From: an uncultured Dehalococcoidales bacterium
GTDB lineage: Bacteria; Chloroflexota; Dehalococcoidia; Dehalococcoidales; BS750m-G39
Direction: 5' to 3'
Length of the DNA: 64,000 bases
NCBI GenBank assembly: GCA_964396965.1
Contig: CAYNGD010000007.1
Span: 22,941-86,940, forward strand
The notes under the pieces were generated by a model that ran no database searches, had not been told where the DNA came from, and saw nothing but the letters and a program-made list of their open reading frames with translations. Made by a program: the position numbers and the translations under genes. Shown piece after piece: positions 38,083 through 47,687 of this stretch (position 1 is the first letter of the stretch; each line of letters opens with the position of its first letter).

Positions 38083-38189
38083 ATACACTAAATATATTTC
38101 CTAAATAAATTATACACATTTTGTACCGGTTGTCAATAGGATTTTAGTTATTTTTGACAGCCGATTAGCTGGAAGCAGGAGGTGTCAGA

Positions 38190-38498
38190 ATGGGGGAATG
38201 GAAATTCATCACCAACCACGCCCTGGTGTTCTGCCTGATTGCCCAGCAGCCGCGAAGCACCGCCCGGGAGATCGCCGCCACCATAGGCATTACCGAGAAG
38301 ACAACACGCAATATTATTAATGACCTTGAGGCCGATGAATACATAACCAAGACCAAGGAGGGACGGCGCCTGCGTTACAGCATAGACCCGGAGATGCCCC
38401 TCCGCCACGAGCTGCACGAAGACAAGTCGGTGGGCGACCTGCTGGAAATTCTGGGCTGGGAGAAGCGGCGCCGGAGGGTAAAGAGCGCCGCCGGCTAA
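38190..38498 (+). CDS. small winged-helix (MarR/ArsR-like) DNA-binding protein
   Basis: 102 aa with an HTH around STAREIAATIGITEKTTRNIINDLEADEYITKTKEGRR. GGAGG SD upstream. Divergent from the kamA operon. Confidence 0.65.
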   Translation: MGEWKFITNHALVFCLIAQQPRSTAREIAATIGITEKTTRNIINDLEADEYITKTKEGRRLRYSIDPEMPLRHELHEDKSVGDLLEILGWEKRRRRVKSAAG

Positions 38499-38512
38499 AA
38501 TTGGGCCTTAGT

Positions 38513-39523
38513 TTACAGCTCCCAGAAGCTGCGCAGCTCCCGGAAGTCAATCAAGCCGTTCTCGGCGACATTTTCAATCTCGATACCGGCCTCAACGGCG
38601 GCCGCCACCGGATTAAGACCGCCGAGCTGGACGATACCAACCCGGTTCAGGGCCACCGGAATCTGGCAGAGCGGCTCGCTGGTACCGCCAACGGCAAAGA
38701 TGCCGCCGATGCCGACCTCCTTGAGCCGGGCTATCCTCTCCTCGACAACCTCCCGGGCCGGTGCCGGCACCGTCCGGAAAACGCCCAGTATCTTGCCGCT
38801 CCCCGTACTAGCGGCCTTGCCGACGCTGGTCATCCTGGCCTGGATGAACTGCTCGGAAGGGTCAACCGAGGTACCGGCATAGTCAATTATGGCGACAAAG
38901 CGCCTGGGCTTTAGATTTCTAACCTCAAGCAGGCCGCCAAAGCGGAACTCCACCGGCACCCCTGCCTTGAGCAGCACGCCGTTTGTGGCCACGCTGCAGA
39001 CGGTGGCCAGGCCAATCTTACCCTCGGGCACCACCGCCGTCCCCAGCTTCTCCCCCTCATTGGCGGTGGCCACCAACTCGCTGACGCAGAGCCCGGATTT
39101 AAAGGCGCCCTTCATCACCGCCAGCGCCTTCTTGAACTGCTCCCTATCGATGAGCGAGGTGTTTATCGGTAATTGGCCGCTGCCCTTTTCCGGGTCGAAA
39201 CTGGTCTGGTAGGCCAGCAGCTCCAGCTTATCGCGCACAAAGCCGAGGTGCTGAGGGGCCAGGGCCTCCTTGACCTCCCGCCGCCCTTCCTCAGTAATCA
39301 TCCGCCCATCCCGTCCGGCGGGCTGGGTATAGCCGCGTTCGTCGGCTATCTTCAGGTGATACCTCACCCCCCGCTCGCTCAAGAAAACCCCTTCGTCCTC
39401 AAGCCGGCGGGCAATAGTGATTGAACCCAGTGGTTCCGAGGACTCGCTCAAGACCTTGAGAATAGATATTAGCTTACCTTCGGCGTCGGAACCAACGACC
39501 TGTTCCGCCATCAGCCTCGCCAC
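38513..39523 (-). CDS. nrpR: NrpR-type nitrogen repressor homolog (wHTH + one DUF128/NRD domain)
   Basis: 336 aa. N-terminal wHTH (LISILKVLSESSEPLGSITIARRLEDEGVFLSERGVRYHLK), then a DUF128-like body. It is the last gene of the nitrogen cluster. GTG at 39523 or ATG at 39511. Confidence 0.72.
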   Translation of the reverse strand: MARLMAEQVVGSDAEGKLISILKVLSESSEPLGSITIARRLEDEGVFLSERGVRYHLKIADERGYTQPAGRDGRMITEEGRREVKEALAPQHLGFVRDKLELLAYQTSFDPEKGSGQLPINTSLIDREQFKKALAVMKGAFKSGLCVSELVATANEGEKLGTAVVPEGKIGLATVCSVATNGVLLKAGVPVEFRFGGLLEVRNLKPRRFVAIIDYAGTSVDPSEQFIQARMTSVGKAASTGSGKILGVFRTVPAPAREVVEERIARLKEVGIGGIFAVGGTSEPLCQIPVALNRVGIVQLGGLNPVAAAVEAGIEIENVAENGLIDFRELRSFWEL

Positions 39524-39541
39524 CCCCTGCCGTTTTCCCGC

Positions 39542-39570
39542 ATTATACCACGCCCGCTCACAAAGCTGTA
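39542..39570 (-). promoter_or_regulatory. extended -10 promoter (TGGTATAAT) with upstream TACAGCTTTGTGA element
   Basis: Read on the minus strand: TACAGCTTTGTGA (39558-39570), 7 nt, TGGTATAAT (39542-39550), then about 18 nt to the nrpR start. Confidence 0.3.
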
Positions 39571-39572
39571 GC

Positions 39573-41573
39573 TTAAGGCTGCTTACCAGCCGGGCGCAGC
39601 TTGTGGTACATAGTCTCTAAATCTTCGAGCCACAGCTGGTCTTGAGCCTCCGAGGGCATTCTCCAGTCCCCCCGGGGGGAGAGGCTCACCGAGCCTACCT
39701 TCGGCCCCTCGGGCAGGCAGGTCCTCTTGAACTGGTTGGCGAAGAAGCGGCTGATGAAACTCTTCAGCCACTTATACAGGTCGTCCAGAGAGTACTTGCC
39801 TTCAAAAAGCCCCTGCCGGCTCACCTCGTTGGCCAGGTAGAGAATCCGGCCTGGCCTCATGCCGAAGCGGATGAAGGGATAGAGGTAGAAATCGGCCAGC
39901 TCAAACGGCCCGATAAGCTCCTCGCTCTTCTGCCTTATCAGGCCGTTTTCGGGCCGGATTAACTCCGGGGAGATCGGGGTCTTAAGAATATCATACAATA
40001 CCTTCTGGGCCGGTGTGCCGGCCATCTCTTCATCGGCCACCCAGCGCACCAGAAAGCTCACCAGGGTCTTGGGCACCGAGGCGCTGACGTGGTAGTGTGA
40101 GATGTGGTCTCCGGCGAAGGTGCACCAGCCCAGGGCAATCTCGGTGAGGTCGCCCGTCCCCAGCACGATGCCGTCGAGCTGGTTAGCCTTGTTAAAGAGG
40201 AACTCGGTGCGGTAGCGGGCCTGGACGTTCTCGAAAACCACATCCTCCCCGCCGTCGTGCTCCAGGTCTTTCAGGTGCGAGTTGCAGCTCCGGCTGATGT
40301 TCACCCGGTCCAGGCTCACCCCCAGTGCCTGGCACAGCCTGGTGGCGTTAGCCCTGGTCCTCCGGGTAGTCCCAAAACCGGGCATGGTGAAGGCATGGAC
40401 ACTGGTCCGCGGCAGCTTGAGAAAGTCTATCGTCTTGGCGGCAACCAGCAGTGATAGTGTGGAATCAAGGCCACCGGAGACCCCCAGCACCAGCCGGCTC
40501 TTCTTAGCGCCGGCCAGCTTCTGAGCGAGCGCCCCCACCTGCATGGCAAAGATTTCGCGGCAGCGGTCTGCCCTTCTCGCCGGCTCCTCGGGGACAAAGG
40601 GATGGGGGTCGAGCGTCCGCTCCAGACGGCGAGGGGAGAGGTCGCTGACCTCGGCCTCGACCACCCGGCAGGCTTCCACGCCGGCCGCCTGCTCCCGAAA
40701 GCTGGTCATCACGCTGCGGTCGTGCCCAAGCCGCTCCAGGTCAATATCGACCACGATAAGCCGGGAATCCGGCGACAAGCGCGCCGATTCCCTTAATATC
40801 GTCCCGTTCTCAGCGATGATGATATGACCGCCGTAGACCAGGTCGTTGGATGACTCCCCGATGCCAGATGAGACATAGCAGTAGGCGGCGATGCACCGGC
40901 CTGACTCCGAAGAGACCATTGTCCGGCGCCAGTCCGCCTTGCCCAGCACCTCGTTGCTCGCCGAGAGGTTGACCAGCACCGTCGCCCCGGCCAGCGCCTG
41001 GTACTCGTGAGGGGCCAGCGGCACCCACAGGTCCTCACAGATCTCAACACCGATGATAGCGGATTTAATTCCGCGCAGTCTGAAGAGAATGTCGCTGCCA
41101 AAAGGAACTTCCTGGCCGGCCAGCTCGACGAGAGTGGAACCGACCTCGGTAGCCGGGGCAAACCAGCGGTCTTCGTAGAACTCCCGGTAGCCGGGCAAAA
41201 GGGTCTTGGGGATAACCCCCAGAATACGGCCAGAGTTCAGGACCACAGCACAGTTAAAAATCTTCTGCTCGACCACGAGGGGCAGCCCCACCATCACCAC
41301 CATCGCCCTCCTGGCGCTCTCCGCCAGAACCGCCTCCAGCCCCTTCTCCGCCTTGGCCAGCAGCGCCCGGTGCTGGACCAGGTCACCGAGGGTATAGCCG
41401 GTGATAGCCATCTCGGGAAAAGTGAGCACCTGCACCCCCTGCTCCCCGGCCTTCCTCATGGTGCTGATAATTGCTTTAACGTTAAAATCAACGTCGGCCA
41501 GGCGGAGCGCGGGCACCGCCCCGCCGATGCGCAGAAAACCGAGATCGCTATTCAGTTGAACGCCTTCAGCCAC
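39573..41573 (-). CDS. nadE: glutamine-dependent NAD+ synthetase (nitrilase domain + NAD synthetase domain)
   Basis: 666 aa. CN-hydrolase catalytic Cys in VEICEDLWVP and the PP-loop GVSGGLDS. GTG start with a GGAAGGGGG SD. Confidence 0.9.
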   Translation of the reverse strand: MAEGVQLNSDLGFLRIGGAVPALRLADVDFNVKAIISTMRKAGEQGVQVLTFPEMAITGYTLGDLVQHRALLAKAEKGLEAVLAESARRAMVVMVGLPLVVEQKIFNCAVVLNSGRILGVIPKTLLPGYREFYEDRWFAPATEVGSTLVELAGQEVPFGSDILFRLRGIKSAIIGVEICEDLWVPLAPHEYQALAGATVLVNLSASNEVLGKADWRRTMVSSESGRCIAAYCYVSSGIGESSNDLVYGGHIIIAENGTILRESARLSPDSRLIVVDIDLERLGHDRSVMTSFREQAAGVEACRVVEAEVSDLSPRRLERTLDPHPFVPEEPARRADRCREIFAMQVGALAQKLAGAKKSRLVLGVSGGLDSTLSLLVAAKTIDFLKLPRTSVHAFTMPGFGTTRRTRANATRLCQALGVSLDRVNISRSCNSHLKDLEHDGGEDVVFENVQARYRTEFLFNKANQLDGIVLGTGDLTEIALGWCTFAGDHISHYHVSASVPKTLVSFLVRWVADEEMAGTPAQKVLYDILKTPISPELIRPENGLIRQKSEELIGPFELADFYLYPFIRFGMRPGRILYLANEVSRQGLFEGKYSLDDLYKWLKSFISRFFANQFKRTCLPEGPKVGSVSLSPRGDWRMPSEAQDQLWLEDLETMYHKLRPAGKQP

Positions 41574-41639
41574 TACGGCCCCCTTCCACCTGATATAGCT
41601 ACCTCTATTTTACAACATTTTTATTTTTATAGCATAAAT

Positions 41640-42983
41640 TTACAGTACTGGCAGGTATTTTTTAAGCTCGTACTCGGTTACCTGAGCCTTGTACTGGTTC
41701 CATTCTATCTTCTTGTTCTCGATAAAGGCCTTGAAAGTGTGCTCACCGAGGGCCTTGCGCACCACCTCGCTCTTCTCGGCCAGCAGTATAGCCTCCAGCA
41801 GGCTGGCGGGCAAGGTGCCGATACCTCGCTCCTGCCTTTCTGCCTCGGTCATCTCATATACGTTTTCTTCTATCGGCTTCGGGACTTCGTAACCCTTTTC
41901 GATGCCTTCCAGCCCGGCGGCCAGCATAACGCTGAAGGTGAGGTAAGGATTACAGGCCGGGTCAGGAGACCTGAATTCTATCCTGGTGGCTTTTTCCTTG
42001 CCCGGCTTATATTCGGGAACCCTCACTAAGTCAGCCCGGTTTCGCCTTGCCCAGGATTGGTATACCGGCGCCTCGTAGCCGGGCACCAGCCGCTTATAGG
42101 AGTTGACCCACTGGTTACAGACAGCCGTAATCTCAGGGGCGTGTTTGAGCAAGCCGGCGATATAACACTTGGCTATCTTGGACAGGTGGTAGGCATCATC
42201 TTTATCAAAGAAGGCGTTACGTTCGCCCTTGAAAAGCGACTGGTGGACGTGCATACCGCTGCCGTTGATGCCGAAGATGGGCTTGGGCATAAAGGTAGCG
42301 TAGAAACCGTTTTGGATAGCAACCTGCTTCACCACCAGCCGATAGGTCATCACGTTATCGGCCATGGTCAGGGCGTCGGTATAGCGCATATCTATTTCAT
42401 GCTGGCTACCGGCCACTTCATGGTGAGAATACTCTACGCCGATGCCAAGCTCCTCCAGGGCGAGCACGGTCTCACGGCGCAGGTCGGTGGCCATATCCAG
42501 CGGGATAAGGTCGAAATAGCCGCCAAAGTCGAGCTGTTCGGTGTCCTGGGAATTCCTGAAGTAGAAGTATTCCAGCTCCGGCCCCACGTAAAAGGTATAG
42601 CCTAGGTCGGCCGCCCGCTTGAGGTTCCTCTTGAGGACAAACCTGGGGTCGCCCTCAAAAAGCTCGCCCCCCGGCCTCAAGACGTCACAGAACATACGGG
42701 CCACGGCGCGGTGCTCGCGCGGACGCCAGGGTAGCAACCGGAAGGTCTCCGGGTCGGGCAGGGCAACCATATCGCTTTCGTCGATGCGGGCAAACCCCTC
42801 AATCGAAGAACCGTCAAACCCCATGCCTTCCTCCAGGGCCCCTTCCAATTCCTCCACAGTGATGGCAAAGCTCTTGAGCATCCCTAAGATATCGGTAAAC
42901 CACATACGGATAAACTTAACATCGTGCTCTTTGGCCATCTTCAGGACATAGGCTTTACCTTCTTCCCGGCTTCTGTTTGTCAT
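41640..42983 (-). CDS. glnA: glutamine synthetase, type I
   Basis: 447 aa with GFDGSSIEGFARIDESDM and GINGSGMHVHQSLF. AGGAGG SD upstream. Confidence 0.92.
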   Translation of the reverse strand: MTNRSREEGKAYVLKMAKEHDVKFIRMWFTDILGMLKSFAITVEELEGALEEGMGFDGSSIEGFARIDESDMVALPDPETFRLLPWRPREHRAVARMFCDVLRPGGELFEGDPRFVLKRNLKRAADLGYTFYVGPELEYFYFRNSQDTEQLDFGGYFDLIPLDMATDLRRETVLALEELGIGVEYSHHEVAGSQHEIDMRYTDALTMADNVMTYRLVVKQVAIQNGFYATFMPKPIFGINGSGMHVHQSLFKGERNAFFDKDDAYHLSKIAKCYIAGLLKHAPEITAVCNQWVNSYKRLVPGYEAPVYQSWARRNRADLVRVPEYKPGKEKATRIEFRSPDPACNPYLTFSVMLAAGLEGIEKGYEVPKPIEENVYEMTEAERQERGIGTLPASLLEAILLAEKSEVVRKALGEHTFKAFIENKKIEWNQYKAQVTEYELKKYLPVL

Positions 42984-43062
42984 ATTTACCTCCTATTACA
43001 GCTTTTGTACCTTTCTTTTTTGATTAACTATTATAATATATCCGCCTAAATATATACACACC

Positions 43063-44627
<1,565 letters not shown>

Positions 44628-44733
44628 TTAAAAACCCCCGTGGTCTAGTTATCCCAAATAGTCTAACCGGCGATTGTTTCCAACAGATTACAGGGGAGTT
44701 AAATTTAGGTTACAGATTGATAAACAGGGGCTT

Positions 44734-45414
44734 TTAAGCCTTAAAGCGGTAGCCGATGTTCCTCACCGTCTCGATGAAAGAATGGCTGGCGTCCTCAATC
44801 TTGCTCCTGAGCCTACGCACGTGCACGTCCACCGTCCGGTCGCCGCCGTAGTAGTCGTAGCCCCAGACCTGGTTGAGCAGGGCTTCACGGCTGTAGACGC
44901 GGCCCCGGTGGCTGGCCAGGAACTTGAGCAGCTCGTACTCCTTAAAGGTAAGCTCGACTGTTCTGCCCTCCAGGGTCACCTCGCAACTGGCCAGGTCGAG
45001 CAGCAGGCCGTCGCACTGGACCAGCTCGCCGCCCTCTATGTTCCGGGCTTTGCTCAAAAGCCTCTTGGCCCTTAAGGCAAGCTCCCGTCCCTCGCCGGGG
45101 CTGGTGATGAAGTCATCGATATCGAGGCTGCCGTTAAGGTTGTCCAGCATCTCCCGGGGGAGCAGGGCTATAACCGGCAGGTGTTTTTCCTCTTTCAGCC
45201 CCCGGACGATTGCCTGCATTTCAGCGGCCGGCAGGCTGCCGTCTATTTCAAGCAGGACTAAATCGGGGCGATAGGTGCTTATCTCCTTGTCCAGCTTCTG
45301 GCCGTGAGGAACGATGGAGCAGGCAAAGCCGCTGCCGGTCATCTGGGAACGAAACTCGGCCAGCTCCCCGGTCTCCCTAGCTATCATCAGCAGCCGCAGC
45401 ATGGTCATCCCCAT
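44734..45414 (-). CDS. OmpR/PhoB-family regulator with degenerate (pseudo-)receiver domain
   Basis: The C-terminal winged helix is intact (ELTFKEYELLKFLASHRGRVYSREALLNQVWGYDYYGGDRTVDVHVRRLRSKIE). Aligned by eye to PhoB, the receiver loses the acidic pair (VVEDE -> MIARE). It also changes the phospho-Asp (LLD -> LLE), Thr (MLTA -> ALLP) and Lys (ITKP -> ITSP). Confidence 0.85.
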   Translation of the reverse strand: MGMTMLRLLMIARETGELAEFRSQMTGSGFACSIVPHGQKLDKEISTYRPDLVLLEIDGSLPAAEMQAIVRGLKEEKHLPVIALLPREMLDNLNGSLDIDDFITSPGEGRELALRAKRLLSKARNIEGGELVQCDGLLLDLASCEVTLEGRTVELTFKEYELLKFLASHRGRVYSREALLNQVWGYDYYGGDRTVDVHVRRLRSKIEDASHSFIETVRNIGYRFKA

Positions 45415-46172
45415 CAGTAGGCGTAGAGGCGGCCATAAGGCCGCAGCCAGCGGGGGAAAAGTTTTATAAAATTGCGCTTCATTATTTCTTCGGCATTATA
45501 GCCGAAGTGAGCGGCGAATTCGCCGACCAGCTGCTTAAGGACCTTTAGGTCGGCCTCCTCAAGCTGAGTAACGCCCACCTCTTTGCCCAGCTGGTGCTCC
45601 TCGACATTGCCCCTCAGGTAGATAACGCCGCCGTGCATGCCGGTACCGATGAAATTGGCCTTGTGGTTCTCGCCCTCTTTTAGATTAAGACCCAGCAGAA
45701 TAAGCACGCCGCCGGCCATGTACTCGCCGAGGAAGTCCTGGGCGGTTCCACCGATGACCAGCGCCGGCCCCCGTCCCTGGTACTCTTTCATATGGATGCC
45801 CGCCCGGTAGCCAACGTCCTCTTTGACGAAGATTTTACCGCCTCGCGCCGATAGCCCGATGATATCGCCGGCGTGGCCGTGGATGACTATCTCGCCCTCG
45901 TTCATGGTGTTGCCGCAGCCGTCCTGGGCGTTGCCGTGGACGATAATCCGGGGCCCGTTCATAAACGCCCCCAGGTCGTTGCCGGGGGTGCCAAATATCT
46001 CAATCTCCACCGGCCTGTCCAGGTCGGTGCCGATGTACCTCTGCCCGTGGACGTTGCGCAGCTCGATGCGGCGGGGGCTATTGGTGATGGCCTCCCTCAA
46101 ACTGGCGTTGAGCTCGCGGTAGTACACGCCGCTGGCGTCTATCTTGACTATCGAGTTCTTCCGACTAGCCAT
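45414..46172 (-). CDS. glutamate synthase domain 3 (GXGXG-motif / GltB C-terminal domain) protein
   Basis: 252 aa from MASRKNSIVKIDASG. Repeated beta-helix G-rich motifs (GTPGNDLGAFMNG, HGNAQDGCGNTM, HGHAGDIIG). The ATG at 46172 lies 2 nt after the upstream stop. The ORF-track extension to 46427 overlaps the preceding gene and is rejected. Confidence 0.85.
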   Translation of the reverse strand: MASRKNSIVKIDASGVYYRELNASLREAITNSPRRIELRNVHGQRYIGTDLDRPVEIEIFGTPGNDLGAFMNGPRIIVHGNAQDGCGNTMNEGEIVIHGHAGDIIGLSARGGKIFVKEDVGYRAGIHMKEYQGRGPALVIGGTAQDFLGEYMAGGVLILLGLNLKEGENHKANFIGTGMHGGVIYLRGNVEEHQLGKEVGVTQLEEADLKVLKQLVGEFAAHFGYNAEEIMKRNFIKLFPRWLRPYGRLYAY

Positions 46173-46174
46173 CT

Positions 46175-47677
46175 CTAGCTCCCGGCCATCCTCACTCCCA
46201 GTATCTCCAGCTCGGTATCGGTCAGGCCAACCCCCCTCAGGTGCAGGCGGTTGCCCCTCAGGCTCTCGATGGCGTTGACCCCCAGCCCGCCCAGTATATC
46301 TTTTAGCTCGATGCTCCAGCCTCTTAATAAATTGGCCAGCCTTCGGGCGCCGATGTCGGGGTTGACCCGCTTGGTCAGGCGGAGGTCGGTGGTGCATATT
46401 CCCCAGGCGCACTTGCCGGTGTGGCACTGCTGGCAGACATGGCAGCCCAGGGCGATTAAGGCCGCCGTGCCGATATAGACGGCGTCCGCCCCCAGGGCGA
46501 TGGCCTTGGCCACGTCGCCGCTGTTCCTGATGCCGCCGGAGACAACGATAGAGGCCTGGTTGCGTATCCCCTCTTCGCGCAGACGTGTGTCCACCGAGGC
46601 CAGCGCCAGCTCTATAGGGATACCCACGTTATCCCGGATAACCTTGGGCGCCGCCCCGGTAGCGCCCCGGAGCCCGTCCAGGACGATAATATCGGCACCG
46701 CCCCGCACCATGCCGCTGGCGATGGCCGCCGAGTTGTGGACGGCGGCAATCTTGACCGAGATAGGCTTGGTATAGTTGGTCGCCTCCTTTAAAGCGTAGA
46801 TAAGCTGGGCCAGGTCTTCTATAGAGTAGATATCGTGCTGGGGCGCCGGCGACAGGGCGTCCGTACCCCGGGGAATCATTCGCGTTAATGATACTTCAGC
46901 GCTCACCTTTTCTCCGGGCAGGTGCCCGCCGATGCCCGGCTTGGCCCCCTGACCAATCTTGATCTCGACCACCCTGGCCGCGTCCAGGTAGTCGGCATAA
47001 ACGCCGAAGCGCCCGGAGGCCACCTGGACGATGGTGTTGTCGCCATACTTATATAAGCTGGGGTGGAGACCGCCCTCACCGGTGTTCCATAAAGTCCCCA
47101 TCTCGGTGGCCGCCCTGGCCAGAGAGGTATGCACGTTGAGGCTGACCGCCCCGTAGGACATGGCGGCGAACATCACCGGCACCTCCAGCCTCACCTGCGG
47201 GGCCAGCTTTGTCTTTAGATGATTGGACTTATCCAGCTCCAGCCGGTCGGGCTTACTCCCCAAGTATGTGGTAAGCTCCATCGGCTCACGGAGGGGGTCG
47301 ATGGAGGGGTTGGTAACCTGGCTGGCGTTGAGCACCAGGTGGTCCCAGTAGATTCGCTGCCCCTTGTCGTCGCCCATGCCGGTTAGCAGCACCCCGCCGG
47401 TCTCGGCCTGCTTCAGGATGTCATCGACCACTTCGGGGCGCCAGTTATAGTTCTCGCGGTACTCCTGAGGGTTGCGGATGATGGTCAGCGCCTGGGTAGG
47501 GCAAAAGACCTCGCAGCGGTGGCAGCCGACGCAGTTCTCCTCCCGGCTCCTGACCTCGTTGTCCTCGGCGTCATAGTAGTTGGCGTCAAACGAGCACTGG
47601 TTGACGCAGACCTTGCACTGGATGCAGCGCTCCGGGTCCCGCCTTACTATAAATTTAGGTGCTATATAGGTCTTCAT
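46175..47677 (-). CDS. glutamate synthase domain 2 (FMN-binding) with N-terminal 2x[4Fe-4S] ferredoxin domain (archaeal-type)
   Basis: 500 aa with CIQCKVCVNQC and CVGCHRCEVFCP, then the GltB FMN/TIM-barrel core (GEGG, KIGQGAKPGIGGHLPG, GGTGAAP-like RGATGAAP, and 3Fe/4Fe Cys in CHVCQQCHTGKC). Confidence 0.9.
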   Translation of the reverse strand: MKTYIAPKFIVRRDPERCIQCKVCVNQCSFDANYYDAEDNEVRSREENCVGCHRCEVFCPTQALTIIRNPQEYRENYNWRPEVVDDILKQAETGGVLLTGMGDDKGQRIYWDHLVLNASQVTNPSIDPLREPMELTTYLGSKPDRLELDKSNHLKTKLAPQVRLEVPVMFAAMSYGAVSLNVHTSLARAATEMGTLWNTGEGGLHPSLYKYGDNTIVQVASGRFGVYADYLDAARVVEIKIGQGAKPGIGGHLPGEKVSAEVSLTRMIPRGTDALSPAPQHDIYSIEDLAQLIYALKEATNYTKPISVKIAAVHNSAAIASGMVRGGADIIVLDGLRGATGAAPKVIRDNVGIPIELALASVDTRLREEGIRNQASIVVSGGIRNSGDVAKAIALGADAVYIGTAALIALGCHVCQQCHTGKCAWGICTTDLRLTKRVNPDIGARRLANLLRGWSIELKDILGGLGVNAIESLRGNRLHLRGVGLTDTELEILGVRMAGS

Positions 47678-47687
47678 CCTCTTACCC

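Noticed and set aside
42997-43009. Reading TACAGCTTTTGTA upstream of glnA as a Bacillus-type TnrA/GlnR box.
   Set aside because: The half-site orientation and spacing (TACA-N5-TGTA) do not fit TGTNA-N7-TNACA. It is kept only as an unassigned motif shared with the nrpR promoter.
46173-46427. 85-aa N-terminal extension of the GXGXG-domain gene. The analogous 41-aa extension of the flavoprotein gene (50934-51056) is treated the same way.
   Set aside because: The extensions overlap the upstream genes, are Arg/Pro-rich nonsense, and internal ATGs sit 1-2 nt after the upstream stop codons.
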